A DNA stretch of 64,000 nucleotides from Octopus sinensis. Lineage: Eukaryota. The position numbers were made by a program, and so were the translations under genes. The notes below the pieces were generated by a model. That model was not told where the DNA came from. It did no database searches and was given only the letters and a program-made list of their open reading frames with translations. Numbering within the stretch: the first letter of the stretch is position 1; each line of letters opens with the position of its first letter. This document shows positions 52,775-64,000 of this stretch, in pieces. The stretch covers positions 43,772,001-43,836,000 of the forward strand of contig NC_043009.1 of assembly GCF_006345805.1 (NCBI RefSeq). The letters are read 5' to 3'.

Positions 52775-53535
52775 CGGAATACTGAAAAAAGAGATTGAGA
52801 GCACTCTACTAGCAGCGCAAGACCAAGCTTTGTCCACGAATTGGAGGGTCTACCTTAGGAATGAGCAAGTGTCTCCCCTGTGCCGCATCAAAAATAGGGT
52901 GGACGAAACCATTGTCCATATCAAGAACAAATGCCCTAGACTTGTCCGAAAAGTAGGGGCTAGAGAAAACTGTCCGAAAAGTAAGGGCTAGAGAAAGGCA
53001 AGTCGTAGTATGAGCACAAACCGCAGAGACTTACAGATTCGGAGACAAGCAAAATCCTCTGGGATTTCCCAATCCAAACAGATCAGGTGCTAGAGCATAA
53101 CAGACCGGATCTAGGGACCTAGAGGTGGTCAACAAGGTGCACCATATGTACTATATAGTTGATGTTGCATGCCACTCTGATCCACGAATAATCAAGAAAG
53201 AAGGCAAAAAGATAGATAAATGCAACCCTCTTAAGTACGAAATAGCCTAGCTATGGAAAATGAAGAAGGTGAAGATAGTGTCAATTATTGTTGGGTCCTT
53301 GGGAACAGTATCAGAAAGCATCAAGAAAATGAAGGAAATTGGAAAAGAGTGCCCAGTAGAACTTTTACAAAAGTTTTACCTCTTTGGCAAGGCCAGAATA
53401 ATCAGGAAAATGTTAGATAGCTGAGAAGAATGAATAGCATAGTACCGTAGGCTGCAGGTTGCAAGCCCGCTACGCATGCAAGATTTCATGAGTGCCAACA
53501 AAACCTGTGATAAAGAGAAAACAATAAAATAATGA
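52775..53535 (+). mobile_element. Decayed R4/Dong-like 3' fragment (CCHC, REL, 3' UTR)
   Basis: GILKKEIESTLLAAQDQALSTNW; ILWDFPIQTDQVLEHNRPD; VDVAC..DPRIIKKE; IIVGSLGTVS. It starts directly after (TAA)n. Confidence 0.88.
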
Positions 53536-53559
53536 TATTAGAATATGCCAAAATAAGAG

Positions 53560-54800
53560 AAGAACAGGATCAAGCACCCGACAATCTGAAGCACATTGAT
53601 TGACGCAAGCTCATAGTTGAAACCGAAATGATAGATTCGGTTCTTGAGCTATTCCAGACGAGAAATATAACTGAAACTAACATAATTTGGGCTGAAGCGA
53701 TGGTTGCTGCAGATAAAGTTGGATACAAAAGAAAAGAACAAACAGAACGTAAGGAACTATTCTGGCGTAGACGAATTTGTGAGAAACAAAATTAGAAAGA
53801 CATTTAGGATAAAATGATAGATTGAGTAGAGGGGAATTGCAGAACGAAAGCATAAGAATAATGTTGGAAAGAACATATATAATAAGAGATAACGGTTAGG
53901 ATGTGATAGTGGAAGAATTGAAACAAAGAGTAGTAACAATCGAAGCAAAACTGGAAAGACAGGACAATAGAACGAAACAATTCGAGCAAAAGAGATTGTT
54001 TGAAGCAAATCAGAAGAAACTGTTTCAGGATCTAGATGGAAAACTACACGTAACGATGTTACCAGATGCAGAGAAAAGCAGGGCTTTCTGGAGAGGGATC
54101 TGGGACCAACCTGTAGAGCATAATGATGAAGCGGATTGGCTGCATGAAATCCATGATAGGTTAAGAAATATAAAGGGCCAAAAAGACATAAAGATAACTA
54201 CAGAAATGATAAAAAAAGCAGTTTGAAAAATTCTCAGATTGGAAGAGCTCAGGACAGGATGGGTCCAAAGTTATTGGATCAAGAAACTGAAGGGGGCCCA
54301 TGAAAAGATAGCGCAGGAGCTAGATGAGTGCTTCCAGAAAGGAGCAGTGCCCAGCTGGATGACAAAGAGAAAGGCACTGTTATGTGCTAAGGATCTTGAA
54401 AAGGGAAATGTTGCATCCATCGTTATATCAATAACGTGCCTTTCGCTAATGTGGAAACTAATGTCAGGTGTGTTGGCCGGAGAACTGTATAGATACCTGG
54501 AAAACATTGGGCTGCTACCTATTGAAGAGAAAGGGTGACGAAAGAGGAGCCTGGGAACGAAGGATGAGCTCTTAATTGATAATCTTAATTATCAGTAACT
54601 GCAAAAGAAGACACACAAACCTGAGCATTGCCTGGGTTGACTATCGTAAAGCATGCGATATAATACCACACTCCTGGATAATAAAAACAGTGGAAATGTA
54701 TGGAGGAGCAGAAAATATGAGAAGCCTTATATGGAATAGCATGAAATGCTGGAGAACGGAATTGACAGCACGGAAGCAATTATTAGGAAGCAAGTAAAAA
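53560..54800 (+). mobile_element. Decayed R4/Dong-like internal fragment (pre-RT and early RT domains)
   Basis: QKRLFEANQKKLF; PDAEKSRAFWRGIW; ITCLSLMWKL; AWVDYRKACDIIPHSWI. Confidence 0.88.
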
Positions 54801-54889
54801 TCAATATATATATACATATATGCATATATATGAGGACACCTTTCAAGATTTCCAACTTATTCTTTTATCTTACTCTTCGGATAAATAGC

Positions 54890-55915
54890 GTCACATGTCA
54901 GGTTGACTCAGCAAATAAAAAAGACACGCTACAATCGTTACCTTTAAAAGTGCAGCATAGTGATACAAAGATAGCTTGCTTCCTGTAAGTTGCTCGATCA
55001 TTCGTTGTCAAAGTTCGAACGGAGATAGGAGCTGCTGACAGGGATCAAACGTCAGTAGCTAAACGTAAACGCATGCACAGGGTCTTAATATCATCAGAAC
55101 GCACAACTTTGTACAACAAATCCAAGAATTAATCGATGAAATCCCCGACAAGTCAATCAGAGCCATTGCAAAGAACCTTAAGGTTTCAGAATGCACTCTC
55201 AGAAGAGTTGTGCATGAGGACATCTGGTAAAAATCGTATGTGATGCAGAGGGTTCAGTTTATGTCATATGTGACAAGAGAGAATCGTTCGATCCGTGCAG
55301 AGCGGTTGGTTAACACGTTAAAACACCAAGGAGCTGGAATACTTTGGTGTTTCTCTCTTGAGGAAAATTACGATTAGGACCAATAGGTAAACTAAAGGAA
55401 CGACAGCTGGTTATGCAGAGACCCGAATGTAGCTCCAACACTCATGCATATAAGTTCCCAGCAGTAATGAAGGCTCTAGAAATCGTTAGCAACGAAAGAG
55501 ATGTCATGCCTCGTTAAGGTTTTTCACAGGCTTATAAGTCAATGCTGCTGTCTACACAGAGGTGCTGGAGAAAGTTGTGAGGCCCTGGATAGAAAGGGTA
55601 TGCAACGGAAGACCGTATGTTTTAGAACAAGACTCTGCGCCGTCTATTAAGATTAGGGCAACCCAAGCATGGATACATGCCAGTTTCCATGATCCAGACA
55701 CATGGCCCCCTAGCTTACCAGACCTCAATCCACTGGACAACTACGCGTTGACGTGAGAGAGGTCAATCAACACTCCCATAACAGAATACAATCTCTGAAG
55801 TCCGTCATAACTAGCACTATGTCCAAAATTCGTAACGATCATTTAACTCGGACATGCCAACACTTCCGACCTCGTATTGAATCAGCCATTGATGCTAACA
55901 GTGTATTCATTGAAC
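54890..55915 (+). pseudogene. Decayed Tc1/mariner-superfamily transposase (maT-like DDD)
   Basis: HTH-like KSIRAIAKNLKVSECTLRRVVHED; YVLEQDSAP and WPPSLPDLNPLD catalytic motifs; multiple stops and frameshifts; TIRs not found. Confidence 0.88.
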
Positions 55916-56029
55916 ATGTTTGATAAAAAGATTCTCAAGACTATTTTTACGAATTTCTTTTCAAATAGAGCTTTTTTATGAGCTAAATTCATACAGAAAA
56001 CCCAAAAAACTGACGCATCCTCTGTGTGT

Positions 56030-56066
<37 letters not shown>

Positions 56067-56255
56067 TATGTTTGTGTGCGTATGTATGCACAAGATAGGC
56101 TTTTTTCAGTTTCCACTCGCCATATCCACTCTTAAGGTTTGGTGTGCCTGGGGCCAGAGTAGAAGATACTCGCACAACGTGCCACGAAGTAGGACAGAAC
56201 CTGGAACCATGTACTTAGAAAGCAAACTTCTTACCATACAACAAACCGGGCCCGC

Positions 56256-56286
<31 letters not shown>

Positions 56287-57035
56287 CATACATACATACA
56301 TTACATACATACATACATGCATACATACATACATACAGAAACACACACACGCACATATATTTATATATACAAGCATACATATTTACATACATGGAACAGG
56401 CAAAAAGAGAGAGAGAGAGAAATGAGTGGGTGGGAATAGGTGCAGCAGAATAATTTGAGACTAAAGTAGGGTGTGACGTTATATCAGACATGATGAAGAA
56501 GAGAGGAGGGCAAAGTGAGAGAGAGGGAGAGAGAGAGAGAGAGAGGGGGGAGAAAGAGAGAGGTGATATATGCTAGGAGACAGTGTAAGGGTGACAAATC
56601 TATAGGGACTTGTAAATGGAGTTAGGAAAAGAAAAGGATGCATGAAAATGGAAAAGAGAAGAGACTGTAAGTTAATAATGTATTTAAAAGAGGAAGAATG
56701 GCGGAATATAGATATCAGGGTAGGAACTGGAGGTAATATGTACCGTGGAAGTAGGGAGGAGATATGACGGGTGCTTTAGGTAGATATGAGTGGGATGAGA
56801 ATATTTGATATACAGATTTGTATTCAGTGAAGATGTCGTCTGCTCGAGGATATAATTCAAAGAACAAGCGGGAAGTGGCAGACGATAGACGAAAAACCCC
56901 TTCATCAAGATAAGATGAAGCGATAAAAGGGGTATTACTCGAGATAACAAATGATATATACATACATACACACAAAAAAACACACACACACACATACACA
57001 CAGACGTATAAAAATACGCATACCTATGAGCCTGT

Positions 57036-57072
<37 letters not shown>

Positions 57073-57137
57073 AATGGCGTGTTTATAGGCGTATATATAT
57101 ATACGTATGTATGTATATATATGTATATATATGTATG

Positions 57138-57178
<41 letters not shown>

Positions 57179-57199
57179 CTGTGTGTGTATGTATGTATG

Positions 57200-57365
57200 T
57201 ATAGTTGAAATTTACAGAAAAACAAAAGAGGAAGACAGGTGTATAAATAGCAAGCAGGTGTATTAGTTTGACGCTCGGTAAAGTGAAAAAGTCTTTTACG
57301 TTTCGAGCCTACGCTCTTCAACAGAGAGTAATATAAGGAAATTAACAGAGATAGAATAAAAAAAA
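57200..57365 (-). mobile_element. Short repeat carrying a minimal hammerhead-like motif (57293-57328)
   Basis: CTCT-CTGTTGAA-GAGC-GTAG-GCTC-GAAA-CG-TA-AAAG. Confidence 0.55.
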
Positions 57366-57387
57366 CTTATATGTATATAAATATATA

Positions 57388-58190
57388 GGCGCAGGTGTGG
57401 CTGTGTGGTAAAGGGCTTGCTTCCCAACCACATGGTTCCAGGTTCAGTCCCACTGCGTGGCACCTTGAGAAAATATCTTTCGATCAAAGCCTTTCGAGTG
57501 GATTTGGTAGACGGAAACTGAAAGAAACCCCGTCGTATATATATATATATATACTCTTTTACTCTTTTACTTGTTTCAGTCATTTGACTGCGGCCATGCT
57601 GGAGCACCGCCTTTAGTCGAGCAAATCGACCCCGGAATTATTCTTTGTGAGCCTAGTACTTATTCTATCGGTCTCTTTTGCCGAACCGCTAAGTGACGGG
57701 GACGTAAACACACCAGCACCGGTTGTCAAGCAATGCTAGGAGGACAAACACACACATGCATATATACATATATACGACAGGCTTCTTTCAGTTTCCGTCT
57801 ACAAAATCCACTTACAAGACATTGGTCGGCCCGGGGCTATAGCAAAAGACACCTGCCCAAGATGCCACGCAGTGGGACTGAACCCGGAACCATGTGGTTG
57901 GTTAGCAAGCTACTTACCACACAGCCACTCCTGCGCCTATATATATACATATATATACATACACACACACATTTGTGTGTCTGTGAGTGTCCCTCGACTA
58001 TCGCTTGAATACTGATGTCGGTGTGTTTACATCCCCGTAACTTAGCAGTTCGGCAAAAAGATCGATAGAAAAGTACTAAGTTTACAAAGAATATGTCCTA
58101 GGATCAGTTTTTTTCGACTAAAGGTGGTGCTCCAGCTTGGTCGCAGTCAAATGACTGAAACAAGAAAAAGAACAAAAAAATAAAAGAATA
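57388..58190. mobile_element. Nested SINE family A: minus copy (57553-57937) inside the (TA)n of a plus copy
   Basis: Plus head 57388-57540 and plus tail 57970-58190 flank a complete reverse copy. Confidence 0.9.
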
Positions 58191-58471
58191 TGTGTGCGTG
58201 TATGTATTAGTCTATATATAAATATACATATATGTGTATGTGTATGAGTCTGTATGCACGCGTACAAATAAATATACATACACGCACGTATGTAAATCGA
58301 TGTTTTGAGGCTCTAATGCCGTGTATGTGTGTGTGTGTGTGTGTGCGTGTGTGTGTACCAGTGTGTTATGTTTTTACCATTTCTACGTGGGTGTTCTTCT
58401 CTGGAATGCTCCTTGCCTTTTGTCGGTTTTTGCTTGTCTTCCTTCTTGCTCTTTTCACATTTCACTCTAAA

Positions 58472-58697
58472 CCTATTCCTTTACTACCCACAAGGGGCCT
58501 AAACACAGAAGAGACAAGCAAGGACAGACAAACGGATTATATGGATCCCAGTGCGTAACTGGTACTTATTTAATTGACCCCGAAAGGATGAAAGGCAAAG
58601 TCGACCTCGGCAAAATTTGAACTCAGAGCGTAGCGACAGACGAAATACTGCTGATTATTTCGCCCGGCGTGCTAACGATTCTGCCAGCTCGCCGCCT
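58472..58697 (-). mobile_element. SINE family B, full-length copy
   Basis: Near-consensus sequence. Confidence 0.9.
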
Positions 58698-58989
58698 TAA
58701 AGAAAGACAATGTCCGAAACGGTATCAGAACGAATATTTTCCATTTTTCTCAGAGTAAATCTAATGATTTTGATCGCGAACGGGATCCGTCAGATTTCTT
58801 TCTTTTTTTCTTTTTAATTGTTTCTATACATTTCGCCATACATGTATACACACGCGCGCGCACACACACATGCACGCGCATACATATATATGGCGAAGAA
58901 CAAAGAAGCAATAAAAAGAAAGAAATCAGTCGATTTCATGATCAAATATATAAATATATGTTTGTGTGTGTGAGTGTGTGTGTGTGTGT

Positions 58990-59037
<48 letters not shown>

Positions 59038-59111
59038 ATGTGTGTGTGTGAGCCTGTGTGTGTGTAGATAGACAGATAGACAGATAGACAGGCAGATAGA
59101 CAGAAAGACAA

Positions 59112-59169
<58 letters not shown>

Positions 59170-59178
59170 TGATTGATT

Positions 59179-59235
<57 letters not shown>

Positions 59236-59336
59236 ATAGATCTTCATGTATATATACATATACATATTATATTAGTATACATATATTATATATGTATATA
59301 GTTATATCTGTATCTATCTATTTATATTTGTCTTTC

Positions 59337-59373
<37 letters not shown>

Positions 59374-60021
59374 CTATATATATATATATATATATACACA
59401 TGCATATATGTGTGTGTATATGTGCGTGTGTGTGTATGTATGTATATGTATGTACGAATGTATGTGTATATAATGAGCTAGTTCTTTTTTATTTGTGGAG
59501 GTGAGCGCTCACTTGTACGTTTGTGTGAATTCACTAGTTGGACGGGTGCAACGGGGAGATGATTGTAAAGAATGAGCGAGGTAAGGACGGGTAGAAGAAG
59601 CTTTGGCAGCCTGTGTAGCTATCAATTATCGGTGTGTTCACCCGATTCACATCTACTTGACGATATGGCAGGGTATGAAGTTACTAGTTACTAAGAACAA
59701 AGTTGTTTATCAACATCACACCATCGGCAGCAGCAGCAGCAGCTGCAACGTCGGCACCACTAACGCCACCAGACGACGACCACCACCACCACTACCACCA
59801 CCACCACCACCACCACCATCACCACCACCACTACCGCCACCTCCAGTAGCAGCAACAGCGGTAGAAGTATGAGTATTTTCCCATCTGCAACTCATCATCA
59901 TTATTATCATCGTCAACGTCAACCTAGTGAACTGCAGCAGTAGCCGTGGCAGCAGCTACACATTATAGTCATCACAATAGTTATGGGAACAACAATAACA
60001 ACAACAACAACAACGATAATA

Positions 60022-60520
60022 ATGATTTCAAATTTTGGCACAGGGCCTGTAATTTAGGGGAAAGGGTAAGTCGATTGCATCGACCCCAGCGTACTATCGT
60101 TTTTTTTATTTCTTTATTGCCCACAAGGGACTAAACATAGAGGGGACAAACAAGGACAGACAAAGGGATTAAGTCGATTGCATCGACCCCAGTGCTCGAC
60201 TGATAATTATTTTACCGACCCCGAAAGGCAAAGTCGACCTCGGTGGAATTTGAACTCAGAACATAAAGACAGACGAAATACTGCTAAGCATTTCGCCCGG
60301 CCTACTATCGCTTCTTATTTCTTTATTGCCCACAAGGGGCTAAACGTAGAGGGGACAAACAAGGATAGACAAAGGGAGTAAGTCAATTGCATCGACCCCA
60401 GTGCTCGACTGATAATTATTTTACAGACCCCGAAAGGCAAAGTCGATCTCAGAACATAGAGACAGACGAAATGCTGCTAAGCATTTCGCCCGGTGTGCTA
60501 ACGATTCTGCCAGCTCACCA
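60022..60520 (-). mobile_element. SINE family B tandem array
   Basis: Two ~210-bp units share the private variant CAGTGCTCGACTGATAATTATTTTAC. Confidence 0.88.
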
Positions 60521-60764
60521 CCCTATACAACAACAACAACAAAAAAGAATAATAATAGTTGTAATCATCATCGTCATCGTCGTCGTCGTCGTCATTGTCG
60601 TTGTCATCACCGTATGCTGATCGTCCTTGCTGTCGTCGTCATCATCATCATTATCATCATCCTCATCACCTTTCCAATCATGGTAGCTTAATGATAAAGA
60701 CGGCGACGTTAATGATGCTGATGATGAGGCGGAGGAGGACAGCAAGGCGGAGGAAGAGGATTGA

Positions 60765-60904
60765 AAATAATAGCAATAATACTAATAACAACAACCATAA
60801 CGATAATAATAATGATGATGACAATAATAATAGCAACAACAACAATGATAATAATGACGTCTTCAATAACAATAATAATAACAATAATAATAATAACAAT
60901 AATG

Positions 60905-60971
<67 letters not shown>

Positions 60972-61338
60972 TAATAATAATGATAATGAAAATAATAATA
61001 ATGAACAAGAAGAAGGGGGGAGAGGAGAGGAGAAGGAGAAGAACAAGAAGAAGAATGAATAATAATAATAATAATCCTTATCATCGTGATGACCACCATC
61101 GTCCCCGTTGCCATCGCCAGAATCTGCAGCATCTTCATCACTACCAGCAGCAGTAGTGATATCATCACAGCCATTACTTAAACCTCGCCACAATATGAAT
61201 AACAGTAATGACAAAAGCAGCCACAGGGTATTTATTATATTCCCCGAAAATATCATTAAATATACTGCTGATAACGGCTATATATATATATATGTATGTT
61301 ATATATCTATATATGTATATATATATATATATATATAG

Positions 61339-61408
<70 letters not shown>

Positions 61409-61799
61409 ATATATTATATTATATATATATATACATATATATATAGACACACAACATCGCATGCAAAGTTTAATATGACACACATGCACATATCGTGTAT
61501 TTATTGTATATGTTATATATATATATATATTATATATATATACAATATATAGACACACAACATCGCATGCTAAATGTTAATATGACACACGCACATATAC
61601 GTGTATTTATGTGTATATGTATATATATATATATATATAATATATATATATATATATTTATATATGGTATACATATATATATGTATACTATATATATATA
61701 TATATAATAATATATATATATATACATATATATATATCTATATATATATATATACATATTATATGTATATATATATATATATGTATATATATACGTATG

Positions 61800-61834
<35 letters not shown>

Positions 61835-61975
61835 ATATATATACAAACATGCATATGTCTATATCACTCTAACTACATGTGTGCATATATTTATATATAT
61901 ATATATATATATATATAGATATATATATATATATAGATATATATATATATATATAATATATATATATATATAGAC
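60765..61975. repeat. (AAT)n and long (TA)n tracts
   Basis: Directly visible. Confidence 0.95.
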
Positions 61976-62360
61976 ACACATTCACGTGCGTGTGTCTGTC
62001 TGTGTCTGTGTGTATGCTTATATATGTCAGTGTGCGTTTTTATGTATGAAATGATGAAATCAGTCTTGCAGCATCATTTTCGCAACTTTTTATCAAACCC
62101 ATTCCTGTTTGTGTAATTCCATATTCATTGTGCCGTTCGCCATATTTTATACAGTCACCAAATGAATTATTGTTGTCGCCGCCGGCGCCGCCTTCGTCGT
62201 TGTTCTTGTTCTTGTTGTTGCTGCTGCTGACTAAGTCCTCCCTTTCGTTGATACGCGGTTTATTTTTCAAGGTTTGCCGTTTTTCAGAGATTTTTACGCT
62301 CACTTTTTACCCCTTCATGTCGTCTGCAACTTTTGCCAATCTTGATATCATTATCATTAT

Positions 62361-62553
62361 TCTCTTTTACTCTTTTACCCTGTAACTTGTTTCAGTCATT
62401 TGACTGTGGCCATGCTGGATCACCGCCTTGAGTCGAGCAAATCGATCCCAGGACTTATTCTTTGTAAGCCTAGTACTTATTCTATTGTTTCTTTTGCATC
62501 GGTTGTCAAGCGATGTTGGGGGACAAACACATACACACAAACATATACACACA

Positions 62554-62614
<61 letters not shown>

Positions 62615-62779
62615 TACGACGAGCTTCTTTCAGTTTCCGTCTACCAAATCCACCCAATAGGCTTTGGTTGGCCCGAGGCTATAGTAGAAGATACTTGCCC
62701 AAGGTGCCACACAGTGGGACTGAACCTAGAACCATGTGATTAGTAAGCAAGCTACTTACCACACAGCCACTCCTACGCC
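62361..62779 (-). mobile_element. SINE family A with internal deletion and duplicated 5' end
   Basis: Matches family A; the 30-bp 5' segment repeats at 62755-62784 and 62785-62814. Confidence 0.9.
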
Positions 62780-63141
62780 TATAACTTACCACACAGCCAC
62801 GCCTAAGCCTATAATTATTGTATAAGTTATGATGATTTTTGCTTATCATACATTATGCCTCAAAGATTTGCTATGCTATAGACATATACCAACACACACA
62901 CACACACACACATTAGCGACAGAGGTAGCATTAATACTGAGAAGTAAAACTTATTTCCACTTAAATGTGGATGTTCTATGAGAACAAACTTTACTGCGGT
63001 AGTTGCCATGAGAGAAACTCTCACTTTGACTTTTTGATGCAAAATGGACGCTACCAGCAGCGTGGAGACCACTAGATCACGAGATTTCGACCTTATTTGG
63101 TCTTATCAATGATGGACACTTGAACTTTAGAGACGGCAACA

Positions 63142-63197
<56 letters not shown>

Positions 63198-63267
63198 TGT
63201 GTGTGTGTGTATGTGTGTGTGTATATGTGTGTGTGTGTTGTGTGTGTGTGTGGTGTGTGTGTGTGTG

Positions 63268-63560
63268 TGGTTAGGCAGCGGACTCGTGGTCGTAGGATCG
63301 CGGTTTCGATTCCCAGACCGGGCGTTGTGAGTGTTTATTGAGCGAAAATACCTAAAGATCCACGAAGCTCCGGCAGGGGGTGGTGGCGATCCCTGCTGTA
63401 CTCTTTCGTCACAACTTTCTTTCACTCTTTCTTCTGTTGGCCTGCTCGCTTAGCCAGTGGGGTGGCGTTATTTGAAGGCTAAAACAATGCGAAGCGCATT
63501 GTGACCAGCGATGTGTAGCAACATCTGATAGCCTGGTCAGTCACGGTGATCACGGTGATA
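63268..63560 (+). mobile_element. SINE with family C head and body and a different 3' tail
   Basis: 63268-63435 matches the reverse complement of about 3550-3725; the tail is unrelated and ends (CACGGTGAT)2. Confidence 0.88.
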
Positions 63561-63734
63561 TATATATATATATTATATATATATTATATTATATATTAGT
63601 ATATATATATGTATGTATGTATGTGTATGTATGTATGTTGTATGTATGTATGTATGTATGTTTGTATGATGTATGTATGTTTGTATGTATGTATGTGTAT
63701 GTATGTATGTATGTATGTATGTATGTATGTATAT

Positions 63735-64000
63735 GAGCAGATTTGTATGTTTGTTTTATGTAGGTATTCTCATGCATATATTTGCATATCTAGATGATGC
63801 TCATATATATTTAAATTTTAAACTTCTGGAAAGTTTTACTGATTTTTAGTTCCAGTGATGGACTGGATCAGTAGTCTTCGAATTAGCTTTCTCCTTTTTG
63901 GTTCTGAGTAGCGTATTTTCTCAAGATTGGTATTTAGGCAGTGTGTTACGTATCTGAGGGCTCCGATAATTACAGGTATAAATCTGAACTTGTAATCTGG
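63735..64000 (-). mobile_element. REL-type non-LTR retrotransposon 3' end (continues beyond the window)
   Basis: PDYKFRFIPVIIGALRYVTHCLNTNLEK...LIRRLLIQSITGT; the 3' UTR runs into (TACA)n. Confidence 0.75.

Noticed and set aside
56690-56950. CR1/L2 3' fragment on the minus strand
   Set aside because: Peptide similarity is too weak to support by eye.
62040-62303. 87-aa ORF as a host exon
   Set aside because: Partly low-complexity, no recognisable domain and no convincing splice sites.

Overview
AT-rich eukaryotic DNA, almost entirely intergenic or intronic, saturated with microsatellites and transposon debris. The SINE families and repeat landscape point to a coleoid cephalopod, most likely Octopus (inference from recognition, not a database result). 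No host protein-coding gene can be supported, and nearly all ORFs in the track are microsatellite read-outs. Recognisable content: (1) at least three tRNA-headed SINE families, here A (CORE-like), B (Deu/Nin-like core) and C, with nesting, tandem arrays and head/tail swapping. (2) Several decayed R4/Dong-like non-LTR retrotransposons (RT, CCHC, restriction-like endonuclease) lying in (TAA)n tracts, a non-coding TAA-associated partner element, and one REL-LINE end beside (TACA)n. (3) An orphan ORF1 pseudogene with a zinc knuckle, CR1/L2-group fragments, a decayed Tc1/mariner transposase, piggyBac- and Merlin-type MITEs and a Tigger4-like end. The most interesting signal is a set of minimal type-I hammerhead ribozyme folds in at least three unrelated short non-coding repeats (28654-28969 and 47361; 18911; 57293), suggesting Penelope-like or retrozyme-like RNA elements. 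Coordinates of decayed elements are approximate.
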